The notes under the pieces are model-generated. The model was not told the origin of the DNA and did not search any database. It saw nothing but the letters and a program-made list of their open reading frames with translations. A program made the position numbers and the translations under genes. DNA of 64,000 nt from Pseudomonadota bacterium (lineage in GTDB: Bacteria; Pseudomonadota; Gammaproteobacteria; Ga0077536). The DNA lies in the NCBI GenBank assembly GCA_043782755.1, contig JAYWAC010000240.1:591-64590 (forward strand). Reading direction: 5' to 3'. This document shows positions 1 to 10,001 of this stretch, piece after piece. Position 1 is the stretch's first letter; every line of letters starts with the position of its first letter.

Positions 1-153
1 TTTAATCCCCTCGCAGTAGTTCGCCTTTCGCCCGGCACACCGGCAGTTTGCGCGCCGACCGAAGAACATTCCGCGCAGCGGAGGCAAATTCGAAGCAAAA
101 TTTCTGGCCAATTCAGGCCGCCGTCTCTCGACGGTCGTACCGCACTGGGGAAT

Positions 154-1701
154 TTATCGGTCGCCGCGTCGCGATGACGCGGGCGTGCGCTTCAATAGCT
201 GTCGCTGGTGGGTCCACTCGAGTGGCAAATTTCGCGACTGCTTGATGAGGTGGCTGGCATTCAACTCGGGCGGGTGTCGCCCCTCCATGAGCGCCTGGGT
301 GATGTCGGGAGCCAGCCATGCCAGTCGCAAGACGGCGGTGAAGGTTGACTCGCTGATCTCGGCTTGCGCGGCGAGTGCCTTCATCGACATATCGACGTCG
401 GTGTTCATGACCCGCTCAAGATAGGCATGCGCCTTCTTGAGTAGCTTGATGAGGGTTGCATCCGGTTGCGGCTCGTCACGACGTCCATCGCCGAGCACGA
501 GCTTCAGTCCCCCTCGCACATGACATAGGCGAACTGGCGTGGTGACGGTGTCTGTGTCCTGCGGGTTGTGTGCGTTGTCGTGACGCTGTTGGAGCACGTC
601 ACGCAACGGCTGTTGCTCTGCGATGGCACGCACGACCTGCAAGTCGAAATGCAGCGTGAGCTGGTCGTGAGTGACGACGACGCGGATGAGTAACGCCAGG
701 ACGAGCGCCCGTCGATGGGCTGCAGGGAGGTCAGACCATTGTGTGGCGAGCGTGTCTAACGTCTCCATTCGTGCTTTGAGTGTGGTGACTGAAGGCTGAT
801 CGGCCATGAGATGCTCGCCCAAGGTCTTTCTATCTCGAAGCTGACGACACAGTTGTCGTGTGACTTCACGTTCGAGTTCGAGTTCGAGCGCGGGCAGGCG
901 GAGGCTCTCCGTGCGTGCGGACTTGCTGGCGATGGTGAGCGGGCGGGAGATGTAGTGGCGATAGCGCTTGTTGTCTTTGACGGCATGGGTCGGTGTGAGT
1001 CTGTCACCATTGGCGTCGAAGGCGAGTCCGGTGAGGAGACCCGCATGCGCCGCCTTCGGTCGCACCGCACTGTCAACACGGCTTTGCATCAAACGAGATT
1101 GCACCGCTTGCCAGAGGTCGTCATCGATAATGGCGGGATGTTGACCGGGGTAGATCTGGTCTTTGTGCGCAATCTGTCCGCGGTAGAGGGGATTGCTCAA
1201 CAACCGATAGAGCGCGCCGCGCTGCATCGGCGTCCCGCCCTGGCCCGGTCTGAGTTTGCTGACAATGCCGCGTGCCTCCAAATCGGACTTCAAGTCAGCG
1301 ACGCTGCCGAGTTCGAGGTAGCGTTGATAGATGAAGCCCACGGTCACGGCCTCGGGCGCGTTCACGACCAAGACGCGGTCGCGGCAGTCATAGCCCGTTG
1401 GTGGCAGGCTACCCATCCACAGTCCCTTGCGCTTCGAGGCCGCAATCTTGTCGCGAATTTGCTCGGCAGTGACTTCGCGCTCGAACTGCGCGAAGGACAA
1501 CAGCACGTTCAAGATCAAGCGTCCCATCGAGGTGGTGGTATTGAATTGCTGGGTGATGGAGACGAAGGAGACTTGATGCCCATCGAAGACTTCGACCAGC
1601 TTGGCGAAGTCAGCCAGAGAGCGGGTCAAGCGATCGACTTTGTAAAGGTGCTCATCCGCCCTTTTTGGTTCGAATTGACGATGCGCAATTCGAACGAGCA
1701 C
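154..1701 (-). pseudogene. large serine recombinase remnant, catalytic N-terminus missing
   Basis: 515-aa ORF. YKVDRLTRSLADF, TSMGRLILNVLLSFAQFEREV and RDKIAASKRKGLWMG match the end of the resolvase catalytic domain plus the large-serine-recombinase extension. The N-terminal part carrying the nucleophilic Ser motif is absent, and no minus-strand ORF upstream supplies it. Confidence 0.6.
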
Positions 1702-2024
1702 GACGGCTGATCAAACGCGAAACGGGCCGCAGTGAACCGGCATTCATCAGTCAGCTGGTATTGCTGGAGCCCGAGTGGGTCCTGCGCAGTCGTTACGGCG
1801 TGGCCAAGGCTGCAATTATTGCCGCGCTTTCAAGTTTACTGGAAGCACCCGAGCTGGACATCGAGGATGAGCCGTCGGTAGAGGAGTCGGTATTTGTCTG
1901 GAAGGACTGTTCTGCGGAATTTGCCGATTGCTTGATCAATGCTCATCACCGCGCGCTCCGCTGCCGGGTGACAGCGACGTTTGACTCGAAGGCGGTGAAG
2001 CTTTTGGGATTCGTCGCTGGCTAG
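1665..2024 (+). pseudogene. PIN-domain (VapC-like) toxin lacking its first strand
   Basis: 119-aa ORF opening at a TTG. LVLLEPEWVLRSRYG and FADCLINAHHRALRCRVTATFDSKAVKLLGF look like the central and C-terminal parts of PIN toxins. The N-terminal DTN-type acidic motif is missing and there is no antitoxin ORF upstream. Confidence 0.5.
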
Positions 2025-2167
2025 CGTCCATGCCATGCTGCGCTGAAGCGGGCGGCCGGAGTCGAGCCCGCTCGGTGTCACAACCTGCGGTTTCAGTTTC
2101 CCGGAAAGCTGATGGTCGAGCCCCGTGGGTTGACTATCGCGGTGACGTCACATCGAAAGCTGGTCCA

Positions 2168-5100
2168 TCACGCGGCTGCCCAGTGGCCGCATGCACTAAT
2201 CGGACTGCTGGACGCGTGTTGGGTATGCAGCTTGCTCAGAACCTGTTCGATAGGCTCTGGTCTATGGACCAGGTAGCCCTGCGCGAAATCAACGCCCAGC
2301 TCTTCTATCTTTGCGAGTATTTGGGCGTTTTCCACGAACTCGGCGATGGTCTCAATGCCAATGACGCGCGCCACCTCGATGAAACAACGCACCGCGACCA
2401 GGTCGAGTGGATTGTCAAGAATGTTTCGGATGAACTGGCCATCGATTTTCAGGTAATCCACCGGCAGCGATTTCAGATAGCCAAAAGATGATGCTCCGGC
2501 ACCGAAGTCGTCGAGCGCGATTCGAATACCGAGCGCGCGCATCTCGCGGATGAAGTGCCGCGCCGCGTCGATGTGGGTGATCACGGCGGTCTCAGTGATC
2601 TCGAAACACAGTTTGCGCACATCGAACCGCGCAGTAGGCAGCAGCCCGGCAACAAAGCGCAGAAATTCCGGGTCGCCTATCGATTGGCCGGAAAGATTGA
2701 CGGCGATGGTATCCAGCGCGTCAAGTCGCGCACCCTGTCCATTCATAAATTCGAACACGTGACAGAACACCCAACGATCGAGTCGCGAGGCGAGATGGTA
2801 ACGCTCGGCCGCCGGCAGGAACGCGCCGGGTGGGATGATGGCGTCCCCGGTGCCGCGCATTCGCAGCAGAATCTCGCAGTGGCCCTTTGAGGATGTGGCG
2901 TTGGTGGACGCGATGCGCTGTCCGTAAAGGACGAAGCGGTCATCGTCGATCGCCTGCTCGATGCGGTTCGCCCAGCGCATCTCCCCTTTGCGCACCGCCA
3001 TAGACTGGTCGGTATCGCGCCAGGTGTGCACGCGATTGCGGCCGGAGTCCTTGGCCGCGAAGCACGCGCTGTCCGCAGCCTGCAATACAGCCGCTTCGCT
3101 GCTCGACGCATCGGAGATCGGCACCAGTCCTATGCTGGCGCCGATGCGATAGCGCTTGACGTCATGGTCGAAACGGAACTCGTTCATTTCATCGCAGATC
3201 TGCTGCGCGACGCGCTCGGCCTGTTCGACACTGCAGTGCTCTAGTATCACACCGAATTCGTCTCCGCCTAAACGCGCGAGCGTATCTCGCTTGCGCACAC
3301 ACTGGCTGAGCAGTTCAGACACTTGCTTCAATAGTTGATCGCCAATTCTGTGGCCACACGAGTCGTTGACAATCTTGAATTGGTCGAGATCGATGTACAT
3401 CAGCGCATTAATCGAGGCTGCGCTCTGCGCATGATCGAACACGCGCTTTAGACGGTGTTCGAACTCGGCGCGGTTAATGAGCCCGGTCAGGGAGTCGTGC
3501 GTGGCACGATGTTGCATGGCCTGATTCAACCGGCGCTGGTCGGACACGTCGTGAAACACCAGTACCGCACCGAGAACGAGACCGTCACGGCCACGGATCG
3601 GTGAGGCGGAATCCTGGATGCCGTATTCCACCTTGTCGCGGGCGATAAGCATGGTACGGTCGGCAAGCTCGACGGTGCGGCCTTGGGTGAGGCACGCGTA
3701 CACCGGATTCTCCACTGTCGCGCGCGATTCTTCGTGGACGATTTCGAACACCTCGCGGATTGGCCGACCGCTGGCATCCGTTCGAGCCCAGCCGGTCAGC
3801 TTCTCGGCGACTGGATTCATCCACGTTACGGCGCACTCGACATCAGTAGTGATGACAGCGTCCCCGATCGACTCTAGCGTTACCTGCAACAGTTCGCGGC
3901 TTTCGAGCAACTCTTGTTCCGCCGCATACCGCCGCGTGATGTCCTGTAGTGCGCCGACCAGCCGCGCAGGCAGGCCGTTTTCGAATTCCACCTCGCCCGA
4001 TACACGGGTCCAGATACTGCGGCCGCCCGCAGTCACCATCTCGGCCTCAAGATCCCACGGGGTACCGTCGGCTTGTGCGGCCTCCAGAGCGGCAGCTATG
4101 GCCTCGCGGCTGCTGGGTGCGTAAGCACGCAAAGCCTCGACCACGGTCATGTGGGTGCCGGGCGGCAGGTCGAGCACCCGACAGGTTGCTTCGGACCAGT
4201 CAAGTCTGCCGCTCGCAAGGTTGATGCTCCAGCCACCGACGTGTGCGATCTTGCCCGTGCGTTCGAGCGCACAATGGCTTTCTCGCAGCGCCTCGGCGTT
4301 CGCTACCCGGGACGAGATGTCGGTATGCGTCCCCATCATCTTCAACGGCTGGCCGGCCGCGTCGCGCAAGGCGACGCGACCGCGATCGTGTAACCACACC
4401 CAATGGCCTTCTTTGTGGCGCATCCGGATCTCGCAGTCGTAATAGTCGATCTCGCCACGAAAATGGCGCTCAATGAGTGCAGAGGCGCGCTCCAGATCGT
4501 TCGGGTGAGTGACGCGTTTCCAGGTTGTGATAGTGGTCGGCGCCAGCTCTTCGAGGGTATAGCCGATGAGTTCCGCCCAACGCTCGTTGACAACAAGCTC
4601 GTCCGTTTGGACGTCCCATTCCCAGGTTCCGACGTTGGTGCCTTCGAGGATGCTGTGCAAACGGTTGCGCTGCTCCATTAGCCGCTGCGTCATACGCAGC
4701 GGCTCGGTGATGTCGCTCACCGATCCCACGTAGCCGGACATTCGGCCCTTGTTGTCGATCACCGGTTGCGCCCGTACATGCACCTGCCGTGCGTCCTCTG
4801 CGGAACGCAGAATGCGGAATTGCATGTCGAATTCGCCGTGGTCGCGAGCGCAGTCCTGCCAGCGCGCCGCGACTGCGGCGCGGTCTAGTGGATGAAGCGT
4901 CGCAGTCCAGCCATCGCCCGCGGCCTGGACGCCGGAGAGTCCGTAGATCGCCTGCCACGCCGGATTTGTGTATATACAGCGACCGTCCGCATCAGTGCGG
5001 AAGATGCCGAGCGGTGAACATTCACTCAAGGTTCGAAACTCCGCTTCGCTGGCGGCCAGCAAGGACAGTGCGCGTTGACCTTCTATCGCGCTGGCGGCAG

Positions 5101-5563
5101 CTTGGGCAAGGGCCTGGAGCGCCTCGCGCTGCATGGCGTTCAAATGCCGCGGCTGCTTGTCGATGACGCACAGAGTACCAATACGATGGCCGTCCTCAAG
5201 GCGGATCGGCGCGCCGGCGTAGAATCGGATGTTTGGCGAGCCGCACACCAAAGGGTTGGAGGCGAAGCGTGGGTCGAGTGTTGCGTCCGGGATCTCGAAC
5301 AGTTCATCGGACTCGATGGCGTGCGAACAGAACGCGACGTCACGTTCTGTTTCGGTCACACCCGGCAGACCGATGTTGGCCTTGAACCATTGACGATGTT
5401 CATCGATGAGGCTCACCAGCGCGACAGGCGCGCCGCAGATTGCCGACGCGGAGCTGACCAGCGCGTCGAACACGGGATCGGCGTGAGAATCGAGGATGTC
5501 CAGACCGCGCAGGCGCGCCAGTCGTGTCTGCTCGTTTTGACTCGCACCTGCTGGGGGGAACAT
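2168..5563 (-). CDS. GAF/PAS multi-sensor diguanylate cyclase-phosphodiesterase (GGDEF-EAL)
   Basis: 1131-aa ORF with an N-terminal GAF-like region and several PAS/PAC-like repeats. The GGDEF domain has an intact RLGGDEFGVIL motif. The EAL domain shows EILLRM, CFEITET and DDFGAG motifs. Confidence 0.9.
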   Translation of the reverse strand: MFPPAGASQNEQTRLARLRGLDILDSHADPVFDALVSSASAICGAPVALVSLIDEHRQWFKANIGLPGVTETERDVAFCSHAIESDELFEIPDATLDPRFASNPLVCGSPNIRFYAGAPIRLEDGHRIGTLCVIDKQPRHLNAMQREALQALAQAAASAIEGQRALSLLAASEAEFRTLSECSPLGIFRTDADGRCIYTNPAWQAIYGLSGVQAAGDGWTATLHPLDRAAVAARWQDCARDHGEFDMQFRILRSAEDARQVHVRAQPVIDNKGRMSGYVGSVSDITEPLRMTQRLMEQRNRLHSILEGTNVGTWEWDVQTDELVVNERWAELIGYTLEELAPTTITTWKRVTHPNDLERASALIERHFRGEIDYYDCEIRMRHKEGHWVWLHDRGRVALRDAAGQPLKMMGTHTDISSRVANAEALRESHCALERTGKIAHVGGWSINLASGRLDWSEATCRVLDLPPGTHMTVVEALRAYAPSSREAIAAALEAAQADGTPWDLEAEMVTAGGRSIWTRVSGEVEFENGLPARLVGALQDITRRYAAEQELLESRELLQVTLESIGDAVITTDVECAVTWMNPVAEKLTGWARTDASGRPIREVFEIVHEESRATVENPVYACLTQGRTVELADRTMLIARDKVEYGIQDSASPIRGRDGLVLGAVLVFHDVSDQRRLNQAMQHRATHDSLTGLINRAEFEHRLKRVFDHAQSAASINALMYIDLDQFKIVNDSCGHRIGDQLLKQVSELLSQCVRKRDTLARLGGDEFGVILEHCSVEQAERVAQQICDEMNEFRFDHDVKRYRIGASIGLVPISDASSSEAAVLQAADSACFAAKDSGRNRVHTWRDTDQSMAVRKGEMRWANRIEQAIDDDRFVLYGQRIASTNATSSKGHCEILLRMRGTGDAIIPPGAFLPAAERYHLASRLDRWVFCHVFEFMNGQGARLDALDTIAVNLSGQSIGDPEFLRFVAGLLPTARFDVRKLCFEITETAVITHIDAARHFIREMRALGIRIALDDFGAGASSFGYLKSLPVDYLKIDGQFIRNILDNPLDLVAVRCFIEVARVIGIETIAEFVENAQILAKIEELGVDFAQGYLVHRPEPIEQVLSKLHTQHASSSPISACGHWAAA

Positions 5564-6138
5564 CGGAAACTCCAGATTATTGCTAAGGGGCCAAATCCAA
5601 AACAGGCAGACATTTGGGGGTATCGGCCGGCCGGCACGGGTACTTGAAGCTACAACCCGACGTCACGGTAATGGCCGGCGGCGACCTGATCGCGTGGCAA
5701 AGCGCTGCGTGAGGGGTGCAGCGTTTGGCGCTGTCTCGCTCCTTCCTCTTTGCTACGTCGCGGGAGAGGAGAACAGACCTGTTCCACGCGTCACCTCTCG
5801 CACTGCTCAATGGCGTGGCGCCGCCTCCCCACGATCGAGTTCTGCAGTGAAATCATCAAGCGCGCGGTGCAGGGCAACACTGGTGAATTCGATGTCGGGG
5901 TATAGGCAGCAAAAGCAGTATCAAATTCGCAATCGAGTTGCGTGCCGATGGTTCGACGACCACCATTTCCACCACCCAAGCTACAATCGCCCGCACCGTC
6001 GCGGCTAAGCAAGGATTGGGCGTAGGACCGGCACAGTCCTTGGGTGAAACCCTCAATCGTGCCTGGCATCCGCCGCCGCGCAGGTCTATTGGTTCGAGTC
6101 GAGTTGCCCGCGCGTCATGGAATAAGGTTCTGTCAGGC

Positions 6139-7230
6139 ATGAATGCCATCTCCGCCTCGCGGTGTCCCGCTATCACGGGTCGTCTGTGTTTCATCGATGG
6201 CTTGCGCGCGCTAGCCGCGCAGCTCATCGTCTGGCATCACCTCGCGTTCTATGGGCCTTTGTCCGACGTCGCCCATCCTCTCACCCCGTTTATTCTGGAT
6301 TTGCTGCACGACCATGGGCGCATGGCGGTGCAGATCTTTCAGGTTATCGGCGGCTTCGTGACCGCCCAGCATCTCGATGGCCTGCAGCGCTTGGATCTGC
6401 GCGGTTTCTTTGACGAAATCTGGCGGCGCTATCGACGCACGGGCGGCCCCTATCTGGTCACCCTGGTGCTGGCGGTCGCGGCCAACGCGTTGGCCGATCA
6501 CTGGATGGACCACCGTTCGATCTCGGCCGCACCAAGCGTCGCTCAACTGATCGCGCATGCCTTCTATCTGCAAGACGTACTCGGCTACCAAGCCTTGAGC
6601 GCCGGCATTTGGTATCTGGCGGTCGATTTCCAGTTATTCGTGTTGGTGCTGGCAGTAGCGGGATTAGTGCGCTGGCTGGCACCACGCCTGTGTAACAGTG
6701 CGGAGGTGGTGACTACTCTCACCCAGATCGTGTTCGCCAGTCTCGCCGTTGCCTCGTTGCTCTGGTTCAATCGCGATACCACTTACGATCATTGGGCGGT
6801 GTATTTCTTCGGCAGCTATTTTCTCGGCATGTTGTTGCGCTGGGCGCTCGGCGGCGCGATCGCGTTGTGGAGTTTGTGGGCTTATTTCGCGGTCGTGGTG
6901 GCGGCCCTCACCATCGATTGGCGGCCACGCTTGCTGGTGGCGGGCCTTACCGCCGTCGTTATCCTGCTCGCCGCCCATCGTCACATTCTGCAGCAGTGGC
7001 CGAAGAACACGTGGATTGCTTATCTCGGGCGTATTTCCTTCAGCCTGTTCCTGGTCCACTTTCCGATCTGCCTGATTGTCAACGCATGGTTCTCGCGTCT
7101 GCCGCTTTCGCCGCTGCAATCTTGGTTGGCGATGTTCGGCGCCTATGGCGCGAGTCTCGCGGTCGCGGTGGTGTTTCACCATTTCGTTGAGTCGCCGTTT
7201 CAGCGCGTGGGGCGACGGATAGCGCAGTAG
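6139..7230 (+). CDS. acyltransferase family 3 membrane protein
   Basis: From ORF 5938..7230. Start moved to ATG 6139 (MNAISAS) because the FIDGLRALAAQLIVWHHL signature follows directly and the upstream 67 residues are low-complexity. The rest is polytopic and hydrophobic. Confidence 0.75.
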   Translation: MNAISASRCPAITGRLCFIDGLRALAAQLIVWHHLAFYGPLSDVAHPLTPFILDLLHDHGRMAVQIFQVIGGFVTAQHLDGLQRLDLRGFFDEIWRRYRRTGGPYLVTLVLAVAANALADHWMDHRSISAAPSVAQLIAHAFYLQDVLGYQALSAGIWYLAVDFQLFVLVLAVAGLVRWLAPRLCNSAEVVTTLTQIVFASLAVASLLWFNRDTTYDHWAVYFFGSYFLGMLLRWALGGAIALWSLWAYFAVVVAALTIDWRPRLLVAGLTAVVILLAAHRHILQQWPKNTWIAYLGRISFSLFLVHFPICLIVNAWFSRLPLSPLQSWLAMFGAYGASLAVAVVFHHFVESPFQRVGRRIAQ

Positions 7231-7253
7231 TGTGCGAATGAATTCGCACCTGC
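7227..7253. repeat. REP-like palindrome, family 1 (GTGCGAATGAATTCGCAC core)
   Basis: gtagtgtgcgaatgaattcgcacctgc lies immediately after the acyltransferase stop. The same core recurs at 12135, 17652, 22867, 24255, 26198 and 26259. Confidence 0.75.
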
Positions 7254-7371
7254 CGGGGCTGGATCGATACGTAACCGGACGACGGAACCGCGCAGAAGAT
7301 CAAACGCCGCAAAGTCCAGGAATACGCCTTCGATAACCGCGACAAGCCACGCAGGTGCCCGCCGCGAAGTG

Positions 7372-8895
7372 TCAGCGTGCACCGTGCTTGGCGATGAACT
7401 GCGTGGCGAGATGATCCGACCACGCAGCGATCGTCATGGACGGCGGCCCGCCTGGCGCGCGCGGCAGGGCTGCGGCATCGGCGACATAGAGGCCCGGGTT
7501 GTCGAATACCTGACCGTCAGCATCGACCACGCCATGCTCGATGCTGCTGCCGAGACAGGCGCCGCCGGTAGGATGCACGGTGATGGGCGTCTTTGGCGCA
7601 TAGATCTTCCTGCCGGTCTGCGCCGCCATCTTGTCGAAGGTGTCCTTGATGCGCTTGAAGATAGTGCTGCGACTGGTGTCGTACTCGATGTTCAACTTGC
7701 TGCCACGTAAAGACACCGTGCCACACATGTCGTCTTCGCCGAGACCGGCAATCATGGTGCCGCGCTTCAAACGCTCACGCACACGCTTAGGCAGCGGATA
7801 GCTGTCGACCGAGGGTAGACCGCCACCGCCGATCATCGGCGCATCGCTATCGCCACGTGGTCGCACGCCACCGGTAGTCGGCAGACCCAAGGTCTGATCG
7901 AGCCCCGGCTCGTTGTAATCCCAGAAGCCGAAATAATCACCGTTGCTGCCGAAGTGCTTGCCGAGTTGCGGCATGCCGTTCAGACCACCGATCACATCGC
8001 GGCTATGCAACAGAATGCGCAGTGTGTTGAGTGTGCCGGCCGCGAGGATCACATGGCTCGCGGTTAGCGCTTCGCGCTTGCCGCTGTGATGATCGATGTA
8101 CTCGATGCGATAGCGCGAATCGGGCGCGCTGCCTAAACGCACGATGGCGCCCACTTCCGCCATGTCGCGCACCTTCAAACCACGTTTCAAGGCCGGCGCG
8201 AGATAGACCGCATCCAAGGTCGTCTTGCCGCCCTTGGGCGACCCTAGGAATCCGTCGTCATTGCCCTTGTAATCGACCTCGTAGCGTTCGACGCCGTTCT
8301 CGTCGGTGAGCTTGACCGGGTGGTCGGGATCTTCCGGCAGCATATAACCGAGACGCGGATCGGGTGGCGGCGCGGCCGGCTCCAGCACCGGGTTGTCCTT
8401 GAAGCGCGCGGTCGACGTGTTGGGAATGCGATGGTCGGCCATCGGCGTGGTCGAGCCCATGCGTTCCAGCACCGCGTCGTAATGGGGTGACATCACCGCG
8501 TCGGAAATCCCCTCGTGATGCCCTTCCCAGTAGCGCTCGGCGAGCGGCCGCACGTTGACCGCCGAATAGACATGGCTGCCGCCGCCCACACTCGAAGAAC
8601 AGGCGATCGTCACGCCCTTGGCGAAGAACAGTTCAAACAGACCATGCTTGCTCAGCTTCAAGCGGCTGCCGGGCATCCAATTGCCGCCGATGGCGCGCAA
8701 CAAGCGGGTCGGTATCTGCCAGCCACGCGGCAAGGGTGATCGTTTGGCGATACCCATGGAGCGCACCGGCACGGTGTCGCGCCATGGTCCGCGTTCGAGC
8801 AAGGTCACGGCAAAGCCTGCTTCCGCCAGCCGCGCCGCGCTGACCGAGCCGCCGAAGCCGCTACCGATCACTACGATATCAATGCCCTTGTTCAT
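7372..8895 (-). CDS. GMC-family FAD-dependent oxidoreductase (cholesterol-oxidase-like)
   Basis: Start set at MNKGIDIVVIGSGFGGSVSAARL (Rossmann GxGxxG) instead of the 568-aa extended ORF. The C-terminus is GMC-like (HPTGGACLGS). Confidence 0.8.
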   Translation of the reverse strand: MNKGIDIVVIGSGFGGSVSAARLAEAGFAVTLLERGPWRDTVPVRSMGIAKRSPLPRGWQIPTRLLRAIGGNWMPGSRLKLSKHGLFELFFAKGVTIACSSSVGGGSHVYSAVNVRPLAERYWEGHHEGISDAVMSPHYDAVLERMGSTTPMADHRIPNTSTARFKDNPVLEPAAPPPDPRLGYMLPEDPDHPVKLTDENGVERYEVDYKGNDDGFLGSPKGGKTTLDAVYLAPALKRGLKVRDMAEVGAIVRLGSAPDSRYRIEYIDHHSGKREALTASHVILAAGTLNTLRILLHSRDVIGGLNGMPQLGKHFGSNGDYFGFWDYNEPGLDQTLGLPTTGGVRPRGDSDAPMIGGGGLPSVDSYPLPKRVRERLKRGTMIAGLGEDDMCGTVSLRGSKLNIEYDTSRSTIFKRIKDTFDKMAAQTGRKIYAPKTPITVHPTGGACLGSSIEHGVVDADGQVFDNPGLYVADAAALPRAPGGPPSMTIAAWSDHLATQFIAKHGAR

Positions 8896-9143
8896 GTCGT
8901 TGCTCCGCGTGGGGATGTGCTGCGTGAGCGGCGCGGCCGCGTCACGCGCAGGGAGGCCGCATGTTACAACCGCAGGCCGCCGCCTGGCATCCTCTGGTAC
9001 ACGCGGCAGACGCGGCATGATCGCGGTCAAGGCCCTAACCCGCGCCACGCTATCCAGTGCCGCGCCGGGGCGCGACAATGACCAGCACTTAAGGCCGCGT
9101 CAGCGGCGCGCGCGTTTGAATTCAAGACAGGAGCGAGGAATAC

Positions 9144-9929
9144 ATGGCTAAGTTGAGCAATCGAGTGGCATTGGTCACGGGTGGCGGACGCGGTATCGGG
9201 CGTTCGGTGGCACTCGCCTATGCACGGGCCGGCGCCAATGTCGCGATCACCTCGCGCACGGCATCAGAACTGGATAGCGTGGTGAGTGAGATCGAGAGCC
9301 ACGGTGTGCGTGGTCTCGCCATCGTCGCCGATGCGATGAGTTACGAGGACGGCCAGCGCGCAGTGGCGACCGCAGTCGACAAGCTCGGTGCCATCCACAT
9401 TCTGTTCAACAACGCCGGTGGCATTGCCATGCCCAAGACCGCCACGGGGCTCGCCGCTGCGTCCCACGAGGACGAAGCCTTCGTCAACAACATCCTCTTG
9501 AATCTTATCTCGGTGCAACGCATGTCGCGCGAAGCGCTGCCACACATGATCAAACAGGGCTGGGGCCGCATCATCAATATCGGTTCGGGCTATGCGACGC
9601 ACGGTGGCGGTCTGTTGGCTTACACCGCCGCCAAGCATGGCGTGGTCGGTCTCACGCGCGGCATGGCGACCGAAGTCGCGATGCAGGGTGTGACGGTTAA
9701 CTGCCTGTGCCCGGGCTGGACCAATACTTCATTACTGGACTGGGACGTGCTGGGCGCCGCTTGGGGTGTGGATGCCGCCACTGCCAAAGCGCGCGCCGCC
9801 GCCGATTGTCTGCAGAACCGCGTGCTGGAACCCGATGAACTGGGGCCGATGGCGGTGTTGCTGGCGTCTGACGAAGGGTATGGCATCACTGGCCAAGTGC
9901 TCGCCGTGGATGGTGGCTTCAAGGTCTGA
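9144..9929 (+). CDS. SDR-family oxidoreductase
   Basis: 261 aa with TGGGRGIGRS cofactor motif and YTAAKHG catalytic YxxxK. GAGG-type RBS lies upstream. Confidence 0.9.
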   Translation: MAKLSNRVALVTGGGRGIGRSVALAYARAGANVAITSRTASELDSVVSEIESHGVRGLAIVADAMSYEDGQRAVATAVDKLGAIHILFNNAGGIAMPKTATGLAAASHEDEAFVNNILLNLISVQRMSREALPHMIKQGWGRIINIGSGYATHGGGLLAYTAAKHGVVGLTRGMATEVAMQGVTVNCLCPGWTNTSLLDWDVLGAAWGVDAATAKARAAADCLQNRVLEPDELGPMAVLLASDEGYGITGQVLAVDGGFKV

Positions 9930-9977
9930 TGGATTTCTGCCTCTTCCTGGACGCAGGAAGAGAGGCTCTGGAATGAG

Positions 9978-10001
9978 AGTCCAAATGAATTTGGACCTAC
10001 A
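9978..10001. repeat. REP family 1 variant with altered stem (GTCCAAATGAATTTGGACCTAC)
   Basis: agtccaaatgaatttggacctaca keeps the AATGAATT centre and the ACCTAC tail of family 1. GCG/CGC in the stem is changed to CCA/TGG on both arms. It overlaps the stop codon of the FAH gene. Confidence 0.6.

Noticed and set aside
1668-1695. Perfect 10-bp inverted repeat GTTCGAATTG-N8-CAATTCGAAC near the recombinase/PIN junction, including a GGTTCGAAT string reminiscent of a tRNA T-arm
   Set aside because: It lies inside the stretch that still reads as PIN-homologous coding sequence (VRIDDAQFE). No acceptor or anticodon arms can be built around it, so it is not a tRNA remnant. A role as a recombination site cannot be supported from sequence alone.
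5564-6138. Several 60-140-aa ORFs in the 575-bp gap between the GGDEF-EAL gene and the acyltransferase, including the 5938 start of the long ORF
   Set aside because: The translations are Arg/Pro/Ser-rich with no motifs or RBS. The acyltransferase signature begins only after the ATG at 6139. The region is treated as a divergent promoter region.
9941-9962. 9-bp hairpin ctcttcctg-gacg-caggaagag between the convergent SDR and FAH genes, considered as a bidirectional terminator
   Set aside because: No U-tract follows it on either strand, so an intrinsic terminator call is not supported.
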